Of a stretch of DNA of 64,000 nt, positions 9,975 to 20,524 are shown in pieces. This DNA comes from a virus. Both the position numbers and the translations under genes were made by a program. How positions within the stretch are numbered: the stretch's first letter is position 1; each line of letters starts with the position of its first letter. Below the pieces are notes generated by a model. The model did not search any database. It was given only the letters and a program-made list of their open reading frames with translations, and was not told the DNA's origin. The DNA lies in the IMG/VR virus record IMGVR_UViG_3300008117_000025, positions 64,001-128,000 of that record, one strand, 5' to 3'.

Positions 9975-11270
9975 TTATATTTTAGTTAAACCATGGTATG
10001 ATTTGCCTTGCTTGATGCTTATCGGATATTGCAACAGCTCTTTGATGGTAGTAAAAATTTCACCATCTTCTTTACTATAATCAAATAAAAACGCATCATA
10101 GGTATACAATACTATTTTGGTTTTTTTATCTTTTAAATAATCTAATACCAATTCGAGCAATTGAACATTAGTTAATGTTTCCGTGCTTTGGACCACATAA
10201 TTAAATAATTTTTGTGGGTTTATATCCTCTAATTGGTCACGTATAAATATTTTATTTTCAGTAGTAATGACTCCACCATATTGAAATGTATCCCACAGAT
10301 CATCAACATACATGGCTACTTCTTTAAAGAATGGCTTATCTTGATATTCGCTCCACACACCACCATATAACTGTTTAAATGTTAATTCTTTAGCTTCTTG
10401 TTGTGATACGCCGAGTAATTCACCTAAATAATCATATGTGTTTCTATCTTTAGGAAATTCAAATTTAACCATTTCACCTATCAAACGTGGATGATAACCC
10501 TGAAAATCGATTTCAACAAATTTATCATTTATTGGTCTATAACATTCACGTTCACCATTATCTTTATTTAATGCAGCAAAGTTGATACTATTACAGGTGT
10601 TAGAAGGGCGCGTAGTTGTATTGTATAAATTATATTGAGTGTATAATCTGCTCTTAGATAAGTTAAATTCGGGATATTGTATTTTATTTTGATAGTGGTT
10701 TATATAGCATTCTTTATCTACTTTAATGCCTTGTTTTTCAATTTGATAAAATATTTCAGTTGTTCTGAAGTTCTGGAATTGAAATGCTGTGTTAGTTAGG
10801 GTGTATTTTTGTATTGTGGGTAATGTAGCAGCAAATATTTTTTCACATTCCTCATAATGTTTGCTAATTGGAATTAGACAATTAATATTAGATAGATTAA
10901 TGTGGTGTCTATAATAATAATCAATACAATTATTACCTAGTGCTTCTGTTAAATTAACAAATTCAATTAAATGGGCATCAAATAATTTATTGGGGTAAGG
11001 AAACCAATGCATTGCTTCCTTTTTATCTATCACCCATATTCTATCAGTGTTGTTTACTAACCAACCAAATAATTCATCTTTATCCAGACTAAATGATTCA
11101 GTATGATCTAGGCACAGTATGTATCCTTTCTTATCATCAAGTGGTCTGATGTAGATAAGGCTTAAATCAGTAAGTGTAGGATGGAAGTTGTCGTTTTTAG
11201 GAATAAACCTAATAAAGCAATCTCCAAATTTAGATGGAAGTTGAGAGGGTTTCTCTATAACGTAAAACAT
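9975..11270 (-). CDS. short atypical family A DNA polymerase-like protein
   Basis: TTTRPS, motif A-like DFQGYHPR, motif B-like AKELTFKQLYG, NYVVQS, motif C-like TYDA; N-terminal exonuclease-like region appears degenerate. Confidence 0.78.
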   Translation of the reverse strand: MFYVIEKPSQLPSKFGDCFIRFIPKNDNFHPTLTDLSLIYIRPLDDKKGYILCLDHTESFSLDKDELFGWLVNNTDRIWVIDKKEAMHWFPYPNKLFDAHLIEFVNLTEALGNNCIDYYYRHHINLSNINCLIPISKHYEECEKIFAATLPTIQKYTLTNTAFQFQNFRTTEIFYQIEKQGIKVDKECYINHYQNKIQYPEFNLSKSRLYTQYNLYNTTTRPSNTCNSINFAALNKDNGERECYRPINDKFVEIDFQGYHPRLIGEMVKFEFPKDRNTYDYLGELLGVSQQEAKELTFKQLYGGVWSEYQDKPFFKEVAMYVDDLWDTFQYGGVITTENKIFIRDQLEDINPQKLFNYVVQSTETLTNVQLLELVLDYLKDKKTKIVLYTYDAFLFDYSKEDGEIFTTIKELLQYPISIKQGKSYHGLTKI

Positions 11271-11288
11271 ATTTCATAACCTTTGAAT

Positions 11289-11319
11289 TAAATATAAGAT
11301 AAAATCTTTGACTTACAAA
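11289..11319 (-). promoter_or_regulatory. Bacteroidota sigma70-like promoter for the polA-like gene (TTTG-N19-TATATTTA)
   Basis: Minus strand TTTG TAAGTCAAAGATTTTATCT TATATTTA. Confidence 0.7.
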
Positions 11320-11320
11320 T

Positions 11321-11827
11321 TTAATCTGGAGGGGGTTCACTTATAATAAAAGACTTTATGCCGGGCATTTGTTTCTCAGCATCGTCTAGACTTTTTTGAT
11401 TTCCAAAATAACCTCCTTCAGGAAACTCAATACTAATTACTTGATAATAAGGATTATTTTGAAACTTATCAAAAGTATTTTTATCAATTTCTCTTATTAA
11501 TATGGGGTTAGAATTAATTTTTTTAGAAAAATATCTTATGCCTCCATTAATATTACTTTTATTAATAATAGAAGTAGGAATACTATTATTTAATTTTACT
11601 TTACTTAAAGATCCATAAATAAATGTTTTTGGATCTGTTAGTAGAGGATTTATATCTGTACTGTTTGCTTTAACTAGTTTTGGAGCATTAGTATTAAATG
11701 TTTTTCCTGCAAAGTATTTTCCATTAAATTCATAATAGTATCCTTGATAATATTTGTAATTATAATCAAATACGAATTCATTACCAGAGGTATATTTTGT
11801 TTCTATTATGTTTGATGGTATTCTCAT
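11321..11827 (-). CDS. hypothetical protein, probably baseplate-associated (start likely MRIPSN at 11827 rather than 11842)
   Basis: Directly downstream of the baseplate hub gene; Tyr-rich. Confidence 0.6.
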   Translation of the reverse strand: MRIPSNIIETKYTSGNEFVFDYNYKYYQGYYYEFNGKYFAGKTFNTNAPKLVKANSTDINPLLTDPKTFIYGSLSKVKLNNSIPTSIINKSNINGGIRYFSKKINSNPILIREIDKNTFDKFQNNPYYQVISIEFPEGGYFGNQKSLDDAEKQMPGIKSFIISEPPPD

Positions 11828-11828
11828 A

Positions 11829-14800
11829 TTAAAAAGGTGCATCGTTTATTTGAAAGTGCATCCAATCTTTTCCTAATTCTCTACCAAAACTTTTCCATCC
11901 ATACTTATACCAAATATCAATAAATTGTTTATATTCTGGTTTAGAGAATAGGGCTTTTCCTGTTGGGGTATTTAATCCGTTTTCGGCGGCATAAAAATCT
12001 ATGGCAATTCCCCAAGAGTGAATCGAAGGATTACCAGGACAACATCTTTTATCTCTAGGATTATATAGACCGGAATATTGATCTAGTTTTAATTTTTTAA
12101 TTTTATCTAAACCATAAGTCGCTAATATATCTTTAAGTACTTTTTCTAAACTATCTTTTACTAATTTATGTACTTTAAAACTATTTACAGGAGTACTATC
12201 ATAATATAAAGTATAAGGAAGAGTAAGAGTTACTAATTGGCTAGAATCACCAGGTTGGCCATATTTTGAAACTACACCAGATAAATTACTTCCTACTTTT
12301 AATTTAGATTTGTTTGCTTCAATTTTCATTGCATCTTGGGTTGTTATTTTTCCGTTATTAGGATTTATTTGTATTAATTCTGAGAAGCTAAGGGTTCCTT
12401 CAGGTTCATCTAATATTATTGTTTGGGCATCAATATTAGTTGTCCAATCATTGTTTTGAATTGAATGTCCAATACCTGTAATTGTATGTCCTAATTTTGA
12501 TCCTAATGCATCTCCTTTATAGCCTCTAGGTAATAATTCTTCGGGAATTCTAAATAGGTGACCTATTACTAATCCTCCAATACCATCCATTGTGACTGAT
12601 AGCTTAGTAGGGATGATGGCTCTATTTTTGGCTTTTGATTTGGTTAGATTTTTAAAGAAATTAATTAAATCTTTTAATGAATTTTTATAATCACCTGCTT
12701 TATCAGCATCAAATTTACCATCAATAAACCAACCATATTCTTGGTCTCCAAAAAAATCATATAATGATTGTAGAGCATCAGCTACATTTTGTGCTTGACT
12801 TTTAATTTTTTCAATATCAGGTTGATTTGGATCTATTGTTGGATCATCTTTTTTAGGAATAATTCTATCAACTAAACCTTTATTAAAATCTAACATTGTA
12901 TTATTATCAGTTGCCATTGCTCCACCTCCAACTTGAGCACCAATTGCTACCGTAGAAGATTGGTCAGGAAATATTTGAGATTCTAATTTGTATGATCTAA
13001 CTGTAGATTTAGTGTTATGCATTTCTAACTGAAATAAGTTATCATATACCTCCTTTTTAGATTTAGCATCAACATAATTTACATCTATAATATATGTTGT
13101 ATCTCCTTTAATTGGGTCAATAAATAAATCAAAATTACTTACATTACCTGTTGCGGATGAAATTTCAGATAGAACACTTTTTAAAAAATTGTATAAATTA
13201 ATATCTTTTTTTTCTTTAGTATCTAAAGCTTCTAAATTATTATCTAAAGCTAATCTAAATAAGAAATTTAAATTAACATATATATTTCCAATAATACCTA
13301 GTTCTGTATCCCAATTGTCTTGATAAAAATAGGGTCTAGAAATATTTTTTATATATTGTATATTTTCAATAGCTGTAGATTGGGATTTTTCTATTTCTTT
13401 TTTTTGCTTATCTAATTCTGCCTGTTGTTTAGCATCCTCAGCACGTTGAGCTGCTACAGGATCTGATTTGGTAGATTCAACATTAGATCCAAAAGCTTCG
13501 TTAACTTGTTGTGTACTTAAATTAGTAAGACGACTAGTTGTTAAGAAACTAAATAATGAGGTACTACCTCCAACACCAGAAGCAGCTAATGATTTTCCTA
13601 ATTTAGTATTATCAATATTATCTCCTTCATCAATAGCAACATTAATTAAATCTGTATATTGTGGCTTAACAACTTTATAACTAACATCTTTTAACTTTTC
13701 GTAATGGCGTTTAGTTAACGCTTTAATTGTATCTGGATCTTGTTGGGTTACTCTTTCAAGATAATCTACAACTGCTTGTTTATCTTTAATTTTTTTAGTA
13801 GGAATTGATATATAGTATAATTGGTCTAATACACTATCTAATTGGACATCACTTAATTTACTTGGAAATGTTATTAAATTATTAGATCCTGTTACATTTG
13901 ATGGTATTATAGTATCTGGATTGACTTTAAATCCATTAGCCCAAACGGGATTTTTGATAATGCAAATTGTTGGATCTACAGATAATTGAAGGGGATGAGC
14001 TGAGCAGAGTAAATAGCCGTCTCCAGTTAATGGGTTGGGTTTAGTATTGCCAATTGCATATTCTCTATCTAATACAGAGCATTTTAAAAATGCTTTTTTG
14101 CTATTAGAATCTACAAAAGTAACATAATTGTTGATTAAATTACATAAACCTTCTAAAGTAATATATACTTGTTCATCACTTGCTCCAATTTTTCCATTAC
14201 TACTAGCCTCTCCTTGCCCTCCAGCAATGTTAAGAGTTTTTTTATATAAATCATAATAACTAGTAGTACCATCGGGGCGACCATCAGCAATTACAAAATT
14301 GGCTCCTTCATCTTGTGTGCCTGGTTTTTTTAGGTTCATTATAGTAAATAATTCATAGAATAATCCTGCAAGGATATTTTTAGAATATATTTTCTTTATA
14401 TCAGGAAAACTTGATATTGATATTCCTTCTACTCTAGGTGCTATCAATCCTTTTTTAGATATCTCAGATATATTATTAAACGGAGCATAATTTACCTTTA
14501 ATGATTCTAATACTTCTCCTACTGATATTATAGTGGTGGTGCAATCATATCCTCCATCTTCGCGGGCAGACCAGCTATAATTTTTAATATATCCAAACAT
14601 TGCATCATAATTACCACCATAGGTTTCAACAGCGGTTTTATATATGCTTTCAAATAACTGATCTTTAGTTGGTTTCTTATTTATGATATCATTAGTAGAA
14701 AAATCTATATTGCTTTTTAATTTTTTATCACTACCTAAATAAGGTGCCCATCCCCATTCTATTAAAGCAGTATAGCCTGGGCGCATATATAGAAGTTCTA

Positions 14801-15209
14801 GGTCTTCTAGTTGTTTAATATCCCAAGCAACAAATTTAACTTCAACTTCTCTTAAAGAACCATATGCTGATTTGGGTTTTATGTCTACTCCTGTAATACC
14901 AGGCATGGGGCGAATACCCAATCTGTGGGGATTGCCATTAGGAGTAGCAATATCATATGAGGAATTTTTAGTCAAAACACCAGCTCTTAATTGGAGTTGA
15001 TTTTCGTATAATACTCCTCCTTGTAATATATATTTTTTAGCTAGAGCCCCGTTATCTTCATTTACATCTACTGCAGAAGACATTCTTACCCATGCATTGC
15101 GAGCATTAAAATATTGAATAGCATCAGGAGTACGTTCAAATATGGCTTCTTGCCTAGCCTTTAATTGATTTTGTATTTCAGGTTTAAACGTATCTTTAAA
15201 TATAGACAT
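11829..15209 (-). CDS. baseplate hub / tail-associated protein with C-terminal M15-family (L-Ala-D-Glu or D,D) peptidase
   Basis: C-terminal YSGLYNPR...SIHSWGIAIDF...DWMHFQ is the M15 Zn motif; located after the LysM/gp53-like gene. Confidence 0.75.
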   Translation of the reverse strand: MSIFKDTFKPEIQNQLKARQEAIFERTPDAIQYFNARNAWVRMSSAVDVNEDNGALAKKYILQGGVLYENQLQLRAGVLTKNSSYDIATPNGNPHRLGIRPMPGITGVDIKPKSAYGSLREVEVKFVAWDIKQLEDLELLYMRPGYTALIEWGWAPYLGSDKKLKSNIDFSTNDIINKKPTKDQLFESIYKTAVETYGGNYDAMFGYIKNYSWSAREDGGYDCTTTIISVGEVLESLKVNYAPFNNISEISKKGLIAPRVEGISISSFPDIKKIYSKNILAGLFYELFTIMNLKKPGTQDEGANFVIADGRPDGTTSYYDLYKKTLNIAGGQGEASSNGKIGASDEQVYITLEGLCNLINNYVTFVDSNSKKAFLKCSVLDREYAIGNTKPNPLTGDGYLLCSAHPLQLSVDPTICIIKNPVWANGFKVNPDTIIPSNVTGSNNLITFPSKLSDVQLDSVLDQLYYISIPTKKIKDKQAVVDYLERVTQQDPDTIKALTKRHYEKLKDVSYKVVKPQYTDLINVAIDEGDNIDNTKLGKSLAASGVGGSTSLFSFLTTSRLTNLSTQQVNEAFGSNVESTKSDPVAAQRAEDAKQQAELDKQKKEIEKSQSTAIENIQYIKNISRPYFYQDNWDTELGIIGNIYVNLNFLFRLALDNNLEALDTKEKKDINLYNFLKSVLSEISSATGNVSNFDLFIDPIKGDTTYIIDVNYVDAKSKKEVYDNLFQLEMHNTKSTVRSYKLESQIFPDQSSTVAIGAQVGGGAMATDNNTMLDFNKGLVDRIIPKKDDPTIDPNQPDIEKIKSQAQNVADALQSLYDFFGDQEYGWFIDGKFDADKAGDYKNSLKDLINFFKNLTKSKAKNRAIIPTKLSVTMDGIGGLVIGHLFRIPEELLPRGYKGDALGSKLGHTITGIGHSIQNNDWTTNIDAQTIILDEPEGTLSFSELIQINPNNGKITTQDAMKIEANKSKLKVGSNLSGVVSKYGQPGDSSQLVTLTLPYTLYYDSTPVNSFKVHKLVKDSLEKVLKDILATYGLDKIKKLKLDQYSGLYNPRDKRCCPGNPSIHSWGIAIDFYAAENGLNTPTGKALFSKPEYKQFIDIWYKYGWKSFGRELGKDWMHFQINDAPF

Positions 15210-15213
15210 AACA

Positions 15214-15516
15214 TTATCTTGCTTTATTGAACTGTTTAAATAAATTTAAAACACTATTTAAATCAGTAGGTATTCTTAATTGAGCACCAGGTGTAGGATA
15301 TAAGGCTCCTTTAGTAGCATTATTATTTGCTGCTGCTATTACCCACCATAAAGTAGCATCTCGATAATAGCTATATGCTAATGAGTCTAGTCTATCACCT
15401 ACAGTAGTAATAACATACACATCAGATTCTGATAAAGGAATGTTTGGGTAAAACTTTCCTTTATAGTATGGTCTGTAGTTTTTAGTTAATATAGTTGAAT
15501 TTTCGTAGCGATCCAT
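15214..15516 (-). CDS. baseplate wedge gp53 / LysM-like (tail X) protein
   Basis: GDRLDSLAYSYYRDATLWWVIAAAN...PGAQLRIP. Confidence 0.8.
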   Translation of the reverse strand: MDRYENSTILTKNYRPYYKGKFYPNIPLSESDVYVITTVGDRLDSLAYSYYRDATLWWVIAAANNNATKGALYPTPGAQLRIPTDLNSVLNLFKQFNKAR

Positions 15517-15527
15517 TTTAATTTATT

Positions 15528-17608
15528 TTAAAAATCCCCAGTTGCTCCACCACCACCAAAAGATCCTCCACCAAATTTTGTTACTTTTTTTAAATCATCT
15601 AATATATAAGGTTTTTTTACATATGTTTTATCAGGTCTATCTCTTAAATCAACACGACCTATAGGATCAAGGTAAGAACCTGTAGAAGGAGTAAGAGATG
15701 AAGTTACTGGTGGAGTTGGGGGTGGAGGAGGAGGAGAGGGTGGTGGTGGCGGAGGAGGAGTTATAGGGTCGGGTTCTTTAAAAATAAATCCACATTCTGT
15801 ATATTGTGGAAGATAATTATGGATTAATGTAAATCCAAAATCAACTTTTAGGTAAAATGCTAATTGCGCATCTAAATCCCAAGATGAATCTTGAATAGGG
15901 GAAAAATTTAGATTAGTTATAATACCAGGTTGATTATTAATATAATTACCTACTTTTAATTTAGTTATGATTCCACCTAATAAAAGATTGTCTTTATATT
16001 TACCTGCTAACGTAGAAGCTAATTCACTTAAATGACAATGTTTTATAAGTAATTCATTGTAATTATAACATGGTATATTAAATGAAATATTAGCGGTGCG
16101 TTTGAATTCATTAAATATATAAAAATTTTCAGCACGACCTATATATTTTGTAGAATTCCATCCACTATTATAGTCTTCAGAATAATTATTTATATATCCT
16201 AAAAACTTTAATACTGTTAAAGCATCGCCAGTAAATGGATCTAAAGGAGTAAATTGTAAAGCTAAAGTATCATCTTTAACAATAGTATCGTTTGTTCTAA
16301 CAAATACATTATATTGTTTTGCTTTTTTATTTACTTTATCAATAGGAGCTGTACTAAAGTAATTTTGATTAATGGTATTACCTTTATTTATTTTTTTTCT
16401 TAATTCAGTATATGTTTTTAAAGCAGGATTGCTATAATTTATAACATTCTGATTGAGACTTTTATTTATATCATTAATATCTTTTGGAATATCTGTAGAT
16501 CCATTTATGTTTGATAGCCCTAAATCAGCGCTCGCTGTTAATCCCCCTTCTGGTTTCCCGCCATCATAAGTGATGGGGTTATTAATTAATGAAGATGGAA
16601 TTGGTAGTTTAAATTTATTAGAAGATAAAGATGAAGAAGTATGATTAGATATTTCTATATCATTGCTTATTATTACTTTATTATCTTTTTTATTTTCTTT
16701 ATATTGTTTAAAAGTATTATCTATAAAAGATCCATTAACTTTTAAATCAGTATCTTTTACTAAATTAAAACTAGAACTAGCTAAATTAGAATTAGTAAGT
16801 AAAGATATACCAAAATCAAAACTACTGCTTATTTTAACTTCAGGAATATGTTTAGCATTATAATTTTTATTTTTGGCTTCATCTATTCTAAGACTATCAT
16901 TAGTGCGCTCAGGAGTTCTTTTAATTAGTGTTCTACCAATACCATAAACTGAATTAGGGCCGCCTATATAATCAGCAATTCTACTATTTTGAATATCATT
17001 GTAGACAGAATTTGCAAATGGGACACCTCCAGCAAAAGTAGCAGCTATTGCTCCTAGAGTTTTTTGTTCTTTTTTTCTTAATTTAATATTACCTTTATTA
17101 AGATCATAATTAGTACCTAAACCAAATCTATTTCTTAATCCAGTTAATCTGTTGTTTTCTTCGTTATTATTATTTTGAACAACAGCTAGGTATTTCGTTT
17201 GTTCATTTTGAACAGGTAATAAACCATGTCTATTAAAATGTTGACCAAAAGCATTGACAGGAATCTGTGCTAGTGTATTAATACCTAAATTGTAAATGCG
17301 GGTAGGTCCAACAGCGTTAACTATTTTATTTGCTGTATTTAAAACAAAATTACCAACATTTCTTAATAACCCACCACCTTTAGTAGGATTATTTGTTGAT
17401 AATTTTTTAGTTTCTAATTGAGGATTAGATAATTGTAAACCAATTTGTTTAACAATAAATAAAGGACCTTTTGGAAAGTCCTTAAGAAATTTCCCTATAC
17501 GGAAAGTATCAACAATTGAAGCATTAGCAGCACCTACAACACCACCTCTAACTAAACCATCCCGTACTTAAGTGATTTTAAGTCGGTTTTTAAATCAAGT
17601 AGGGGCAT
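15528..17608 (-). pseudogene. baseplate / tube-initiator-like gene with broken N-terminus: 18-codon ORF (17608-17552) plus a -1 frame open for 679 codons (17567-15528)
   Basis: Manual translation: MPLLDLKTDLKSLKYGMV*, then in the -1 frame DGLVRGGVVGAANAS...KGPLFIVKQIGLQLSNP...FLGYINNYSEDYNSGWNSTKYIGRAENFYIFNEFKRT...poly-Pro...GGGSFGGGGATGDF*. No in-frame ATG was seen, so the ORF track missed it. Confidence 0.75.
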
Positions 17609-17618
17609 TTATATTATA

Positions 17619-17921
17619 TTAGTAACGTCCTTCAGTTGGTCCTAGGTCCTTATATCTACGGCCTTGCTTAGATTTGTATACTTGTGATACAACTCCGTTT
17701 GGTTTAAGATTTGGAGCTTTAGTATCTAATTCATCCAGAGTAGATGGCTGTGGTTTGTTGGATAAATTGCCTTTAATTAGGCGCCAATCAACATTTGGAT
17801 TACCATCAACTGAATATAATTGATGAAGTGAATCAGGTGGGATTGGGTTTACACCAAATTGTTGTGGTTTGTTACCACCTAATCCTAAAATGCTACTTTT
17901 TAATTTGTCTAATAATCCCAT
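17619..17921 (-). CDS. hypothetical protein (100 aa) downstream of tape measure
   Basis: Clean ORF with ATATTTAT motif 21 nt upstream. Confidence 0.7.
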   Translation of the reverse strand: MGLLDKLKSSILGLGGNKPQQFGVNPIPPDSLHQLYSVDGNPNVDWRLIKGNLSNKPQPSTLDELDTKAPNLKPNGVVSQVYKSKQGRRYKDLGPTEGRY

Positions 17922-17953
17922 GGTTTATCTATTTTATACGAATAAATATTTAA

Positions 17954-20470
17954 TTATGCTACTTTATATGAGCCTTGTACTAGTGTTGAACCTACTTTTT
18001 TACCATCCATGTTGATTGATGTATCTTTACTATACAATCTATCAACAGCTGCTCTTACTTCATTGATTGCTGCTATCATTGGGGTAAGATCTATTGATGG
18101 AGAACCATCCCCACCTAATATTTTATCAGCTTTGGGGGAATTTAGGGGAATTATTGCTTCAGGACCGGCTTCACCAACAGTTGCATTATTAATTTCACCA
18201 GTTACAATACCTCCTTCAGCAAATGCTGTTCCTTTAGCTAATCTTGTTACTAAACCAACACCAGCCAATGTAGCAGCTGTTGCTAAAATAGGACCTACAG
18301 GAAATATACCTCCTAAAGCCTTCCAAGCCCCTTGAGCCACAGAAAGAACAGCATTTATTAATAATTTAGCATTCATTGCTGCTATTAAACCCCCAATGCC
18401 TAATAATATTGGAGATAATGTTTTAAATCCTTCTACTATTAAACCAACAACATAAGAAATCCCTGTAATTACAGGGCTGATAATGTTAGTAAATATAGAA
18501 GCTATATTTGATACTAGATCAAATAATTGACCAAAAGGTCCAGCTACTAGATTACCTACTACATCCTGTATTTTTAATAAAGCCGCACTAAATTTCTCTT
18601 GTATTTGTTGTCTTTCAAGAGCTTGTTTTGCTTCTTCTTCTTGTATTTGAACTAATGATTTACCACTAGCTAGTGCTTCTTCTCTTTTTCTTAATGTTTC
18701 AGCTAATTGATCTGAGGTCATACCTACAGATTCAGCTAAGGCATTTTGTTGTAACCTATTCATTTTAGTAAACTCAGCTGCTGTACCTATATTTTTAGAT
18801 AATTCTTCAGCTAAAGTAACTTGATCACCAGCTAATGCTGCTGCTCTTGCTCTTTCAAGATTTATTTGTTTACCAGTTAATAATTCAGCTTTTAATTCAT
18901 TTTCAATTGATGAACCGAAATCAAGTAATTTATCACCAGCAGCAGCAACTTGTTCTAATGTCATACCAAATGCTTTAGCAGCTACTACTGCTTTAGCAAT
19001 TTGTTCTGGGTTGTTTCCTAGATTTGCTGCTAATTGTCCCGATACTTTGGAAGCTTCAGCTAATGCTGATTTAAAGTTAATTCCGACTTTAAGTTGATTT
19101 CTTGCTGCTGTTAATCCCCTAACAAAAGAAGAATAAGTTTCTTCAGAAGTTTTACCATTCAAAACAGCAAAACGTTGAATTTGAGCAGCTTCATCTGCTT
19201 GTAGACCAACTTGTTTAGTTAATTTAACTTGTGTTTCAAGCTGATCGGCAGAATATTGGGAAACATATCCAGTTGATTGGGCTAATTCTCCAAAAGCCTC
19301 AGTTATTGATTTAGAATTAACATTAATGTTAGGAGTAACCCCTGCTATAAAAGCAAAATTTTCTCTAAGTCTATCAGATCTGTCAGCTCCATATCCTATA
19401 ATTTTACCTAAATTAACAGCCTGTTCATTGGCTTGCAGAGCTTTATCTATAATAAAAGTAAGTATTGTGACTGGGTCTGTTAGTGATTTTTTAAGGCCAA
19501 CCCCCAATCCTTTAACAAATACTCCTAATGATTTAAATTTATTACCTAGATTGTCAGTTGAAGCAACGGCTTCTTGTTTTATTTTATATGATTCTTTTTC
19601 TAATGCTATTAATCGTTCTTGAGCTTGTTCTTGTGTTATAGAATTTCCTGCTTCATCTTTACCTATTTCTGCTAATCTTTTTTTTCTTTCATTTTCTAAA
19701 AGGTCATTTTTTACTTTTTCAGTAGATAAAGCATCTTGAATAAGCTTTTTATTAAAATCTTCAACAGCTTCTGTTGCTTCACCTACATTTAAAAAACTAG
19801 CTAATGAACCTCCATATTGAGAAACAAGTTTACCTGCAGCTTGGGCTAATCCTCCTAGATCTTTTCTAGTATCAGCTATTTGCTTAGTTAAATTTAATTC
19901 TTTTTCTAAAATAGGAATACCCGAAGATATAGCTTCAGTAGCATTAATTAGAAGTTCATTTTCTTTTAGTAGTTCTTGTAGTCTAGCTTTTTGTTTTGGG
20001 GTTCTTTCATCTAATGCATTTAATGCTTCGACTTCTCTTTGACGACTTGCTTCACTAGCTTTTAATCTCTGTACAACAAAATCTAATTCTTTTTTTTCAG
20101 CAGCAAGATTATTTTTTAATTTTTTAAATTTATTATCAGTAAGGTCATTATATCCTTTTTGATAAGAATTTAAATCCTGGGCAATGTTTGTAAATTCTTT
20201 AAATGCTCCTTTGCCTATTTTTAATAAAACATTTTGATTTTTTAATTCAGCTGTTATGTCTTGAAATGTTCTATAAATATAATCAGCATTATCTACAATA
20301 TCTTCATATTGTTTGTTTAATCTATCAACATATTCATTAAGTTTTTTAGTATCATTTCCGGCATTGCGAAATGCTTCTTGAAGGTCAATACCTAAGCCAC
20401 CTGCTTCTCTTAATTTTTTGTTAAGATCTGTTAATTGTTGTTGTAATTCTTGTACTGTAGGTTCTGCCAT
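17954..20470 (-). CDS. tape measure protein
   Basis: 838 aa, Ala/Leu/Gln/Glu-rich helical, hydrophobic G/A-rich C-terminal helices, FAEGGIV motif; follows tube and chaperone. Confidence 0.85.
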   Translation of the reverse strand: MAEPTVQELQQQLTDLNKKLREAGGLGIDLQEAFRNAGNDTKKLNEYVDRLNKQYEDIVDNADYIYRTFQDITAELKNQNVLLKIGKGAFKEFTNIAQDLNSYQKGYNDLTDNKFKKLKNNLAAEKKELDFVVQRLKASEASRQREVEALNALDERTPKQKARLQELLKENELLINATEAISSGIPILEKELNLTKQIADTRKDLGGLAQAAGKLVSQYGGSLASFLNVGEATEAVEDFNKKLIQDALSTEKVKNDLLENERKKRLAEIGKDEAGNSITQEQAQERLIALEKESYKIKQEAVASTDNLGNKFKSLGVFVKGLGVGLKKSLTDPVTILTFIIDKALQANEQAVNLGKIIGYGADRSDRLRENFAFIAGVTPNINVNSKSITEAFGELAQSTGYVSQYSADQLETQVKLTKQVGLQADEAAQIQRFAVLNGKTSEETYSSFVRGLTAARNQLKVGINFKSALAEASKVSGQLAANLGNNPEQIAKAVVAAKAFGMTLEQVAAAGDKLLDFGSSIENELKAELLTGKQINLERARAAALAGDQVTLAEELSKNIGTAAEFTKMNRLQQNALAESVGMTSDQLAETLRKREEALASGKSLVQIQEEEAKQALERQQIQEKFSAALLKIQDVVGNLVAGPFGQLFDLVSNIASIFTNIISPVITGISYVVGLIVEGFKTLSPILLGIGGLIAAMNAKLLINAVLSVAQGAWKALGGIFPVGPILATAATLAGVGLVTRLAKGTAFAEGGIVTGEINNATVGEAGPEAIIPLNSPKADKILGGDGSPSIDLTPMIAAINEVRAAVDRLYSKDTSINMDGKKVGSTLVQGSYKVA

Positions 20471-20497
20471 GATATAATGTTACATCATATAAATATT

Positions 20498-20524
20498 TAA
20501 AGCGCCTATTTTTTAGGCGCTTTA
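20498..20524 (-). terminator. hairpin TAAAGCGCCTA-N5-TAGGCGCTTTA at the end of the chaperone extension
   Basis: Perfect 11-bp inverted repeat overlapping the stop at 20506-20508; weak U-tail. Confidence 0.5.

Noticed and set aside
17588-17594. T TTA AAA as the programmed -1 site for the hidden baseplate gene
   Set aside because: The -1 frame hits TAA at 17570-17568 before the long ORF begins
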